From NCBI GenBank assembly GCA_026770705.1, contig JANJGN010000242.1:434001-498000 (forward strand): 64,000 nt of DNA. The letters are read 5' to 3'. This DNA comes from Isurus oxyrinchus. Taxonomy: Eukaryota. Position 1 is the first letter of the stretch, and every line of letters begins with the position of its first letter. The notes beneath the pieces are model-generated. The model was not told the DNA's origin, made no database searches, and saw nothing but the letters and a program-made list of their open reading frames with translations. Positions 1 to 10,751 of the stretch are shown one piece after another. The translations under genes and the position numbers were made by a program.

Positions 1-200
1 AGACTTGCGGATGCTCCACAGTGTCCCCAGCTGCCGTTCCAGCTCTCAAACCCGAGATTCCAGGAGCTGCAGCTGGACACAATTCCTGCACACATGCTGG
101 ATCTGGGAACTGGAAATGTTCCCGGCTTCCTATATAGAGAACGAAGGGCACATCACGGCTTTGAGTTCTCTTGCCATGTTATATCCCTTTAAATTAAACC
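1..200 (-). mobile_element. Degenerate CR1-like LINE ORF1 fragment
   Basis: Homologous to ~20900-21080, which is contiguous with the VHVGTND esterase-type ORF1 remnant. Confidence 0.5.
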
Positions 201-552
201 TTTCAAATCAATTATCTTCAGGACCTTCTTTCGTGACCCTCATTACTTCAGAATATACAAACTACAACCAATAAAAAGACTTCAAAATAGAAGCGATTGA
301 AGTTGTAAATAGTTCACGACATTACCCACTACATGCCAGTCATTCCTGTCCCTTGTAGCCTCATTTGAATCAGCTCCCTTACCAATCTTTTAACTTGACT
401 ACTGTAGTTACAAAAATTAAAGAAAAATTAAAGAAAAAGACTTACCAGTTCAATTCCGACTGTGCACCAAATTGCAAGTACTCTCACTCACTCTGGTTGT
501 GTCTCACTCAGGATTAACCCACTCACCTGTTCCTGTGCAAGCACCATGCTCA

Positions 553-591
553 GATTTTTGTACAGCTCTCTCCGTGTTCTGGACCACTGTG
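553..591 (-). other. Second, duplicated 23-RSS behind S1
   Basis: CACAGTG (591-585), 23-nt spacer nearly identical to the proximal one, ACAAAAATC (561-553). Confidence 0.88.
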
Positions 592-613
592 TGTCTGTAA
601 TCCCACCATGTTC

Positions 614-652
614 AGGTTTTGTACAGCTCTCTCCGTGTTCTGTACCACTGTG
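614..652 (-). other. 23-RSS of S1 (proximal)
   Basis: CACAGTG (652-646), 23-nt spacer, ACAAAACCT (622-614). Confidence 0.92.
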
Positions 653-958
653 CTGTGCGCCGACTCAGTGCACAGTAATACACAGCGGATTCGCTCAGTT
701 GCAGTTTGGTGATACTTAACCAGCTGATTTTCTCGGCAGCATCGACAGAAGCAGAAATTCTCCCCCCGGCAGCGTTTTCTTTATTTTCCTCTCCTGAAGT
801 GTGTCTCTGAAGCAGATATTCTGGAGGCTGTCCTGGGGACTGACGATACCAGTGTACTGTGTACGGACAGAAACCTGAATATTCACAGCTTAAAGTAAGG
901 GTGTCACCGGCAGCAGAGGTTTGTTCAGGCGGATTTCGGGAAATTATGGAAGTGGAAT
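653..958 (-). CDS. TRDV: Supporting TCR-delta V exon S1 (leaderless, NAR-TCR-supporting V)
   Basis: Acceptor TTCTAG|AT at 959/958, phase 1. Open frame DSTSIISRNPPEQTSAAGDTLTLSCEYSGFCPYTVHWYRQSPGQPPEYLL...KLQLSESAVYYCALSRRT has the canonical C, WYRQ and YYC plus an extra CDR1 Cys. No leader exon found upstream. Followed by a 23-RSS. Confidence 0.93.
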
Positions 959-2429
959 CTAGAAGATATAGAAAAAGGACATTTTATTTTTGCTCAGCCA
1001 CTTTTTGACCAGGTGAATATGTCAATCGCGTGAATTGCTCTGCTTTCTGCAGTAATTTACTTGCTGGAAGCTTGTTTGAACCATGTTCACTCTTATGAAA
1101 ATATAATCAACTCGGGAATTAGATGATATCTTGTTTTACATGGCGAACTCTTCCGATTATTGCTGCACTGTCTGAATTGGTGTTGTGGGCAGATTCCATT
1201 GTAAGTTTCAAACGGGTAATGGATCTATACTGGAAATGTAAATAAAAATATAAAGCTATGGAGAAAATTCATGGGCAGTGTGAACAATTGGATTGCACTT
1301 TTAAAGGGTCAGCGCCTACACGAGGGGCCGAAGGTCATCTTTCCTTGCTGGATAATTCTGTGAGTTATGTTACATTCCAGTTTCTATTTTCCTTGGTGAG
1401 ACACAAACAGGAGGGAGCATTTCATGTTCAGCGAGGCAACCAATTTCCAACAAAAACGATTTGTTGGACAGGAACGCAACTGTGTTGCATGACTGTGCAC
1501 AACAATATCCAGCACAGACTGATGGGAATCGTCAGCACCAATTGGGCAAAACCGAGAGTGAGCATCAGTGGTCAACGGTTAATCATTTACTGCGGTTTAA
1601 AACTAATCAGGAATTTCTATCTGCCTTCTGCTCTATTTCTCAATGTTCTATCAATAGTGTCCTATTTCATGCAGATCAGCTTAATTTCAAATATATGCAA
1701 TTAATTTCGTTTTATTTCTTTAATTTCTCATTCCCTTTATTTCACATTTTATTTGTGCACTTTGCGCTTTTTTCAATCGTGCGAACTCGCCCCAAAATCT
1801 CTAAGTTGTCAGTTGGGCTCAGTCTGTTCAGTTTCCGCAGCAGTTTTACTGTTAATCACAGGGAACTGCCTCTTCTGGCTCTCTGACAATTTCAACGCTT
1901 TCCGCAGGTTGACTAATTCTCTCTCGGGTTCACTGGGCGGAGGTTTCTCTCAATTTTACATTATCGAAGAAGAAGAATGTGGAAGAGGAATGGACCATTC
2001 AGCCTGTGTATATAATCAATTCCAGCCTGACCCGACCCGAAACCTAACTGACCATTTCCACCCAGCTCACTGTGTTGGTCTTTTCCATTCTCCTCCTGCA
2101 TTTTCCAGTGTTCCACTAAATATATCAATACCAACTCCAACCTCTCCCTGTGGCAGCAGGTTCCACATTCTAAACTGCATTTGTTTCAATTCATTTGTCT
2201 TAAATGTTTTATTTGTTCTGTTAGTTACTGTCATTTGCTGACGGTTACTGATTTAGACTCAATTTGTCCAGAGTAATACCGTTCATTATTGAAAAAATTC
2301 TATGGATATCCCTCAAAACTCTGTTTTCCGGAAAAAAGACACCCAGCCTGTTCAATCTTCCCAGAGAGATGTCGATTGTTGCTGATTTCTTTTCTCAGGA
2401 GTTTAAGAAATCAGGGCAGATAATCCCAT

Positions 2430-2960
2430 CAATAGAAGCAGGAGCCGCCAGATCAGCTTTCATACCTCCTCAGCCACTCAGTAATATTCGGGCTGATTTA
2501 CAACCTCAAAATCACATTCACACCCTCTTCCCATACCCCTGATCCCTTCCGTGTCCGAAAACCTGACGAATATTCTCTTGAATGCACGCAGATTATGAAC
2601 ATCCAGAGCTCTCCGAATTACGAAATGCCACAGATTCACAACATTGGTTTTACTGAAGATATATCTTCCTTCTCAGATGACTCTTTATTCTGAAGCTGTA
2701 ACCCCGAGTTATATACGCCTCAGTCTGGGAAACGCCGGCCCAGAATCTGCCCTGTCAAAGCCCTTCAGAATATTTTATGTTTACATGAGATCACCTCTCA
2801 TTCTTCTAAACTCTAGGAAGTATAGACCGAGATGACTAAATCTCTTCCCATTGGACAATCCCTTCATCACAGGAATCAGTTTGATGAACCCTTGTTGCAC
2901 TCCTTCCAATGCAGATTGATCTCACTTCTGTAAGGAGAACAAAATTTTACATAGCATTTC
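2430..2960 (-). mobile_element. CR1-like LINE 3' fragment (ORF2 C-terminus)
   Basis: Paralogous copies translate to ALEGVQQRFIKLIP..LGLYFLEFRRMRGDL..TRGHSFRIK, typical of the CR1 ORF2 C-terminus. Decayed. Confidence 0.75.
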
Positions 2961-3878
2961 GGACTGGAGTCCAATTCAGTCATTTCCTCCATAAACCTCC
3001 CCCAAAACCGAGTCGGATTGTACATTGAAAGTTGGCTAGAAATCATCCAATCCTTCTCTCACTTTCGATTATTTTTTCCTTGCTGGATCTAAATGAGCAT
3101 TCTCCTTGTTTGTAATTGTTTCCTTCTGTCCCTATTCTCCTTTATAAGATTAATGCATTACCCTGACTCGCTCACTGCACTGTGTTGTTTCAATTCACAG
3201 TAATCAGGGATACAGATACATTACACCAATACCATCTCTCAAACATTTACATTCAAAATACAGAAGTGACTGCATTTCCAAACTTTCACATTTCGGTCTG
3301 AGAGTGGAAACTGAGGAAGGTGATTGGTTCTATGAAGACAATTGATAGAAATGGCGGCCACAATGTCAATAATTTCAGTCACTGATTGTCAAACAACAAA
3401 ATTCCATCTGGACCCACATCAGGATCTCTTATATCTGAAATCCCTTGTCTCACTCTCCCCATTTGCTCCCGGGTCAGGTACTGAACGAGCCGCTGCAGGT
3501 CTCCGAACTGCCCGCAATTGTGTTGAGTTTATTCACCCGGTACCCCATTCACATTGCGCGGCTCGGACTGCAATCTGCTGCCCAGGAGAGAGCTCTGTGA
3601 CCCCGCTCCCGGACACTAAGGGACAGATAGATCTCCCTCAGTCACAGTTAACACCGGGGGCTCAGTCCGGACTGTCGACAATCTCCGCTCATTAAAAGCG
3701 ATTCAGAGTGTGAGAGTCCGTGATTTTGATTTTGTCCCCGATGTGCCCGTTACAACAATAATGGTCCAGATTCCGCCAAATCCCACATCCCACCTAAACT
3801 ACAATAATCTCAATAATAAACTGACGGTGAACATTACACGGGACAGGCTGTAATCCAAAGGGTTTTGAAACTACATAC

Positions 3879-3931
3879 CGGCTGTGACAGTCACCACCGT
3901 CCCGGATCCATCCGCATAATCAGTTTCCCAC
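3879..3931 (-). CDS. NAR-TCR J segment A1
   Basis: WETDYADGSGTVVTVTA (IgNAR-like xGxGT motif), phase-1 donor GTATGT. 23-RSS at 3932-3970 (CACGATG, 23 nt, ACAACAACC). Confidence 0.9.
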
Positions 3932-4313
3932 CACGATGACTCCGCTCTCAGTCTCCCCGGTACAACAACCACCGACACCTCAACTTGCCGTCAAATCATC
4001 ATCAGACAGTAGAAACTGCCCAATTATTCAGCGGGTTAAAATAAATAAAAAATGTTCAATGTTTCAAAGTCTCTGTCGGTTCAAGCTGTTCTTTGCGAGG
4101 CCCTGAGCAATGAGTAAATGGTCCCGGGAACGAGATGCTTGCTTCATATAAACCGAGAAAAATATCAAAGAAAGAGAACTGAATGGTGGAAATTACAACG
4201 AAATTTAACCAGATTCCAGCGATAATAACATGAACCCGACAATTCACTATCAGAGCCCGGAGAACTTACATTTAAATTATACAGAGGTATTTGCTCAGGT
4301 CTCTCCTATTGTG

Positions 4314-4330
4314 ACTCCCCAACCTAACCA
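4314..4330 (-). other. NAR-TCR D segment A1 (12-D-12)
   Basis: TGGTTAGGTTGGGGAGT. 5' RSS CACAGTT-12-ATAAAATCC (4331-4358); 3' RSS CACAATA-12-GCAAATACC (4313-4286). Confidence 0.85.
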
Positions 4331-4723
4331 CACAGTTTTACAAGTCAGTATAAAATCCCCTGGGTACTTGGTGAGATCTGGGAATATTAGTTAAACACAG
4401 GGGACTGCGGTTTCCGGTTCCAGCTGTTAGACCAGGATCACATTTGGTGTTAGGGGTTTGTAACTGGTATCAGCCATTCTCAATCCCCATTCACTGACAC
4501 CAATCCCGGGAAAGACATCACCATCCGCACACACTCGGCATTTATAAAACTCAAGATGTTAACGGCAATAATCCAATCTCATTATAAACTAGACTGTGGG
4601 GCAGACGGTGTGAGGTGGAACTGTGGGGGTTTAACTGCAGATTAACTCCGCTTTTTCATTTGTTTCTGTGATAATCTGCAGTGAGAGTTTTTGTATCGCG
4701 GGAAGCCGAGACCCATCACTGTG

Positions 4724-5009
4724 CTGTACTCGTACTGAGCTTTACAGTAATAGGTGGCGGTGTCCTCAACTCTCACATCCCGAATTTCCAGCGAAAATGT
4801 CTTTTCTGCTTTATTCACCGACACAACAAATCTCCCCCCGCTGGAGATCCGCTCCCACTCTGTCCCGGTTTGGGTTTGTCTGAAGAAGTCCCCGCCCGTC
4901 AAAGGACGAGCGTAGAAACCACCATAGAAAACACAGGTGATGGTGAGAGACTGACACTCCTTCCTGGTCACCGCTGCCGGGGTCTGTACCACTGACTGAC
5001 TGAAATAGC
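4724..5009 (-). CDS. NAR-TCR V exon A1 (IgNAR-like V), intact
   Basis: Acceptor TTCCAG; (R)YFSQSVVQTPAAVTRKECQSLTITC...GDFFRQTQTGTEWERISSGGRFVVSVNKAEKTFSLEIRDVRVEDTATYYCKAQYEY. CDR2 region is short as in VNAR; extra FR1 Cys. RSS CACAGTG-22-ACAAAAACT at 4723-4686. Confidence 0.93.
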
Positions 5010-5157
5010 CTGGAAATTAAACAGAAAGATTTTAATGGACCATGAGAGCCGAACTGCAGAGCGGGGTTAAACCCCCAAACAGTGTCTGTAATTGCGATGG
5101 AGTCGGGCAGCTGTATGTTAAATCCACACAGTGTCGGTTTGTTTGATCGGTACTCAC

Positions 5158-5200
5158 GGGGTAAACAGACCCACAGGATGAAAACAAGGAGGATTCCCAT
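5158..5200 (-). CDS. Leader exon of V A1
   Basis: MGILLVFILWVCLP, 43 nt, phase-1 donor GTGAGT, splices in frame to 5009. Confidence 0.9.
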
Positions 5201-5225
5201 CGTTCTGCTGCCTGGAACTGAGGAT

Positions 5226-5326
5226 CTATATGACGGGGAGCTGGAGACTGCGGACTTGGACGGCACTGGGAGACTGGACCTCAGAGCTGGCCTGAAATAT
5301 TTTAGGGGGATCGAGTTGATTTGCAC
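5226..5326 (-). promoter_or_regulatory. Putative V promoter (octamer-like, CRE half-site, TATA-like)
   Basis: GTGCAAAT (one mismatch to ATGCAAAT) at 5326-5319; CGTCATATAG ~30 nt upstream of the ATG. Position conserved in the paralogues. Confidence 0.4.
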
Positions 5327-6194
5327 AGGGCAATTTCGCTGAGATCATTGATTTGCCGCACGGTTCCAGGGTACCTGGCTCAGTGTTAAGTGAATTAGAG
5401 ACAGAAGGAGGCTGCAATATTCCGACTCTACATTTGGATTGTAATCCGGATGTGAAAACCCCTCCCACAATACTCTGGTGCACAGGTGTGGGGGAGGGGA
5501 GCTTTTCTTTCTGCCAGTTGTGCTGCTGCCTCCTTTCCTTGCAGTGATGAGCAGGAAGGTCTTTGTATGTATTTGTGTTGGGTGGTATGTGTTAAAGGTG
5601 GAATGTGGTCCCAGGACACCGAGAGAATCCACCTGTCCCACTCCTATCCCAATATGCAGGAGATTGTTGCCTTGTTCTTGTCAATCCTGACGGGGTTACT
5701 GCTGTTTCGCAAAAGGAAATCACAAGGTTTGCTTTGAATACCCCTGCGAATTAGCCCCGCCAACACCGGAGTGTTCTTGAGCTATGAGCCCCACACGGGC
5801 TTCATTGATTAACTGGACCCCATACAATTAAACCAGTTGCCCCCCAAACCATTAACCAAAACTTATTACACTTGCAGCATTTCCAGTTCGGATAACATTT
5901 TGACGATCTGAAACGTTAGCTCTGATTCGCTCCCCCCTGAGAGGCATCCTAACCGGCTAACATTTACCTTTCCAGAATTTTCTGTTCTTTTATTTCAGAT
6001 TTGCAGCTTTGGGGATCTCATCTTTTCGATTATTGCATCGTGTGGGATTGGAATGTCACCCCTGCTGCATTTAACCTGTCTCTGAGCTGTGCTGATTATC
6101 TTTGTTCGATTCTAACGGCTCTAGTTCATTCGCTACTGCACGGAGGGAAACCTCGCACCTAGAGACTGGGAAAAATGGTTGTTTTAAACATTTG

Positions 6195-6420
6195 CTTTAT
6201 TCTTTCATGGGATGTGGGCGTCGCTGGTTTGTCAGCATTTATTGCCTTGCTCTAATTGCCCTTGTTCCAGGGTACTTAATAGTCAACCGCATTAATGTGG
6301 GCCCGGAGTCAGATGTAGGCCAGACTAAGTAAGGGCGGCAGATTTCCCTCCCTGAAGCACATAAGTGAAGCACTTTGGTTTATTAACGACAATCGGTAAT
6401 GGTTCAGTGGTCATCAATAG
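6195..6420. mobile_element. Shark-type LINE/SINE tail fragment
   Basis: TTATTC..ATGGGATGTGGGCGTCGCTGG..CAGCATTTATTGCC motif. Related copies at ~12275, 18750, 27050, 33150, 42290, 50570, 56590, 63075. Confidence 0.55.
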
Positions 6421-6829
6421 AATTGTAAATCCAGATTATTAGGAGAATTGATATTGCACTGTGAATCCAGATTTGGAGGGTCAGCGTGTCGTCCCTGACT
6501 TTTGAAATATTCTATCTTTGTCTTTCAGGAAGAATTGGTGAAGATTCAGGTTCTGAACATCTTTCAGAATGAAGGGGTTGTGAATTGCCCTGGATATCAC
6601 TGCACTGTGGTTTTTCACCATCCGCCGTCAGTTCTGTTTTACCACCTCCAATATCGCTTGGAAGATCTGAGATGTTCACTGAGTATCGGAGCTCAGTGCT
6701 GGGGTACATGTTTCCACATGTCCCAGTCATGGCGTCTGCTGTTTTACACGAAGGAAACGATACGGTTCCCTTAATATTGATGGAGCTCTTCAATTCGAAA
6801 TCGCCGATTGTTGCTGTGCTGGACACTGC

Positions 6830-7123
6830 CGGAATCAGACACACACGCCGCGCTCAGGCGCAGACACACACAACTTTAGCTATCGACCCTCTGCTGGACA
6901 CTGTCATATCCTCTCTCTCTCTCTCTCTCTCGTAGACACGCCCACACACGCACCTCATGCAATCTAACCACTGCTGGACACTGTCATGTTCACACACACA
7001 CACACATACACACAGACACACACACATTCAGATAATCGACCTTCTGCTCCACACAGCCGGAATCTCTCACACACACAGGCACACACACAAACACGCACGT
7101 TTAGCAAATTACCCTCGCATACA

Positions 7124-7165
<42 letters not shown>

Positions 7166-7385
7166 CAGAAACCTTTAGCAATCTACTGTCTGCTGGACAC
7201 GGTGATAATCACACACAAGCACATACACACACTCAAAAGTTTAGCTCTGCAGGACACTGGGATAATCACACACACACACACGCACGCACGCACACACCTT
7301 AAGCAATCTTCTGTAGAGTTTCATAATCTCACACACACACTTTTAGCAGTCTACCTTCTGCTGGACACAGCCGGAATCACACTCC
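6830..7385. repeat. Compound (CA)n/(CT)n microsatellite with CTGCTGGACACTG minisatellite units
   Basis: Direct inspection. Confidence 0.9.
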
Positions 7386-7399
7386 TTAACCGTTCTGCT

Positions 7400-7590
7400 T
7401 TTCGTTCAGCGAAGTGGCATAGGGGCTTTGTCACTGCACCAGTAACCCAGGTAATACCCCCCGTTCAAATCCCACCATGGCACTTGAATTTAACAGCTAT
7501 CTCGAATTACCTTCAGCGCGAAACCGCTCTTAAATGTCATGACAAAATCCATCTGGCTCGCAGATGGCTTGTCCGGCAGGGGACTCTAAA
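7400..7590 (+). mobile_element. Degenerate tRNA-derived SINE-like fragment
   Basis: GTGGC..TGTCACTGCACCAGTAACCCAG..GTTCAAATCCCACCATGG contains a B-box-like core. Recurs after each microsatellite block of the A and B cassettes. Confidence 0.45.
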
Positions 7591-8899
7591 CACTCAGCTA
7601 GTTAGAAGTGCAGACTTTCACTTGGCAGGGCTCTGTCATCAGCAGCGAGTCTACCGATCAGCTTTTATGCTCCCATCCAAATAATTTTGGAGTATAAAAT
7701 CAATTAATTATGGCCATACTCGGCATGTTGGTAAACATGGGTGCAGAGCGAATCAGAAATAAGGATTCATTTCCGCGACATTTCATCTGAAGTCAATTTG
7801 AGGAGTTGTAGGTTTCTGGTGAAAGGTCACAGACTGGGAACTTCATTCTCTTTCTGGTTATGCTTCCAGACTTTTGTTTTGGCGTTTCGAATTTGGTTAA
7901 CATTTTGCTGCGAGATACACGAGAGGAGGGAGGAATTTCACCCGCAGGGCAATCGCAGGCACATTCTTTTAGGTAACTATCTGGTCACATTTTGGGACGA
8001 GAATAAATATGCCCACATTGCGGACACTTCAGTTTAAGCACGGATTTTACTGTATAATTATATTAATGTTCTTTAAGAATCATCACACAACGGTACAAAA
8101 GAAACACGCAGGATCTCTCTCGGTTCCCTGGTACATCATCAGACAATGAAGCTTCCAACGTAGCAATTCATTTCCCCTTATATCTTAAACTTTACGTTCC
8201 CTTTTTTTAACATTTTCTTTGTGCTGTTTTGGCTTTTTGCAATCGTGGGAACTTGCCCCAGACTCTCTAAATTTTCGGTTGTGCTCAGCCTGTTCATTTC
8301 CGCAGTCCTTTTACTGTTACTCACTGGGAACTGCCTTCCGGCTCTGACAATTTGGACTCTTTCCGCTCATTAACTGATCCTCTCCTGGCTTCACTGGGTG
8401 GAGCTTTCCCTCAGTTTTACATTATCGAAGAAAAAGAATGCGGGGGAGAAATGTGCCATTCAACCTGTGTATATCATCAATTCCGGCCAAACCCCGCCAG
8501 GAATCTTATTGAACAATTACATCCAGCTCCCTGTGTTCTTCTGTTCGGTTCTCCCTTCTGCATTTTCAAGTGTTCCAATAAATATTCCAATACTGTCTCC
8601 AACCTCTCCCCGTGGCCGCAAGTTCCACATTCTGACCTGCCTTTGCTTCAATTCATTTGTCTTAAATGTTTTATTTGTTCTGTTATTTACTCTCATATGT
8701 TGACGGCTATTGCTTTAGACTCAGTGTGTCCAGACTAAAACCGGTCATTATTGAAAAGAATTCTGTGGATATTCTTCGTGGTTCTGTTTTCCAGAAAGAA
8801 GAGACTCAACCTCTTCAATCTTCCCAGCGAAATGTGGATTGCTGCTGATTTCTTAATTCAGGAGTGTAGGAAATCAAGGCAGAGAATCCAATCAATAGA

Positions 8900-9425
8900 A
8901 GCAGGAGCCCCCATATCACCTTTCAAACCTGCTCAGCCATTCAGTAATATCCGGGCTGATTTACAACCTCAATGTCACATTCCTGCACTCTCCCCATATC
9001 CATGAGCCCATTAATGTCCGAATAACTGGCGCATATTGCCTTGAATGCGCACAGATTAAGAACATCCACAGCACTCTGAGTTACGGAATGCCACCGATTC
9101 ACAACACTGGTTGTACTGAAGATATATTTTCCTTCTCAGATGACTCTTTATTCTGAAGCTGTGTCCCCGAGTTCTATACTCCTCAGTCTGGGGAAACTCC
9201 GGCCCAGAATCTGCCCTCTCAAAGCCATTCAGTATATTAGATATTTTCATGAGATCACCTCTTATGCTACAAAACTCTAGGAAATATAGACCGAGATTAC
9301 TCAATTTCTTTACATTGGTCAATCCCTTCATCTCAGGAATCAGTCTGATGAATCTTTGCTGCACTTCTTCCAATGCAGATTGATCTCCCTTCTGTAAGAG
9401 GAAGAAAACATTACACAGCATTTCG
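8900..9425 (-). mobile_element. CR1-like LINE 3' fragment
   Basis: ORF 9056-9421 ALEEVQQRFIRLIPEMKGL..LGLYFLE..RGDL..TRGHSFRIK. Confidence 0.8.
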
Positions 9426-10312
9426 AACTGGAGTCAATTTCAGCCCTTCCCTCCATAAAGCTCATTCACCACGGAGTCGGATTGTACTTTGAAAGGCGCC
9501 CAGAAATCATTCAACCCTTCTCCCCCTTGCGATTATTTTTTTTTTCTTTCTGGTTCTAAATGAGCATTCTCCTAGTTTGTAATTGTTCCCTTATGTTCCT
9601 CACTGTCTCACTGCACTGTGTAGCTTATTCACAGTAATCAGAAATACATATACATTTCAGCAATCCCATCTCTCAAACATTTATTCGTCACAATAGATGA
9701 GTGTCTGCAGTTCCAAATTTTCACATTTCGGTTTGAGGGCGGAAAAGGAGGAGAGTGTTTGGTTCTTTGGAGACAATTGAAAGAAACGGCAGGTGCATTG
9801 TTACTAATTTTAGTCACTGATTTTTCAATAATAAAACTCCACCTGGACCCACAGTAGGGTGTCTTATATCTGAGGACCCTTTTGTCACTCTGCCGTTTGT
9901 CTCCCGGGTAAGTTATTGAACGAGCCGCTGCAGGTTTCCGAATAGGCCGCAGTTTATTGAGTTTATTCACCCGGTGCCTCATTGATATTGCGCGGCAAAT
10001 ACTGCAATCTGTTGCCCAGGAGGGGGCTCTGTGACCCAGCTCCCGGGCTCTAAGGGACAGACAGAGCTCCCTCGGTCACAGTTAACACCGGGAGTGTGGT
10101 CCGGATTGTCGACAATCTGCACTTATTTAGAGCGATTCAGAGTGTGAGGGTCCGTGATGCTGATCATGTCCCCGATGTGCGCGTTGATCCAATAATGGTC
10201 CAGATTCCATCATCTCCCACATCCCACCCAAACACCGCTGATATCAATAATAAACTGACGGTGAACATTAACCGGGATAGTCTGTAACCCGGCGAGGTTT
10301 GGATTTACTTAG

Positions 10313-10369
10313 CGGCTGTGACAATCACCACCGTACCGGACCCATCCACAGAATCATATTTATAACCCA
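10313..10369 (-). pseudogene. NAR-TCR J segment B1, splice donor lost
   Basis: GYKYDSVDGSGTVVIVTA. Intact CACAGTG-23-ACAACAACC (10370-10408), but donor is CTAAGT instead of GTAAGT. Confidence 0.88.
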
Positions 10370-10751
10370 CACAGTGACACCGCACTCAGTGTCCCCTGTA
10401 CAACAACCTTCAACACCTCAATCTGCTGGGAAGTCATCATCAGACCGTTGAAAATGCCCAATTATTCAGCGGATTTAAATAAATAAACAATATTCACCAT
10501 TTCAAAGTCTCTGTTGTTTCAAACTGTTGTTGGTAAGGCCCTGAGCTCTGAGTAAATTGTCCCGGTAACAAGATATTCGCTTCCTAAAAACCGAGAAAAA
10601 TATGAAAGAAAGATAACAGAATAATGGAAATTACAGTGAATTGTTACCAGATTACAGCGATAATAACATCAACCCGACAATTCACTATCCATGCCCAGAT
10701 AACTTATATTGTGATCATTCAGAGGTATTTTCTCAGGTCTCTCCCACTGTG

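Noticed and set aside
1258-1704. 148-aa plus-strand ORF kept in three copies
   Set aside because: It lies antisense in the J-S intron, persistence is explained by recent duplication, and it has no recognisable motifs.
4724-5200. IgNAR heavy-chain cluster
   Set aside because: There is a single D, no constant exons, and a leaderless TCR-type V with an RSS downstream of J; this fits NAR-TCR.
6830-7385. CRISPR-like repeat-spacer pattern (CTGCTGGACACTG units)
   Set aside because: Vertebrate minisatellite with low-complexity CA spacers, and no cas genes.
6957-7684. His/Thr- and Cys/Val-rich ORFs
   Set aside because: These are translations of (CA)n microsatellites.
7590-8170. Possible decayed supporting V downstream of B and C Js
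   Set aside because: No C/WYRQ/YYC pattern or RSS found by eye; homology to the A intron stops at about the 1700-equivalent position.
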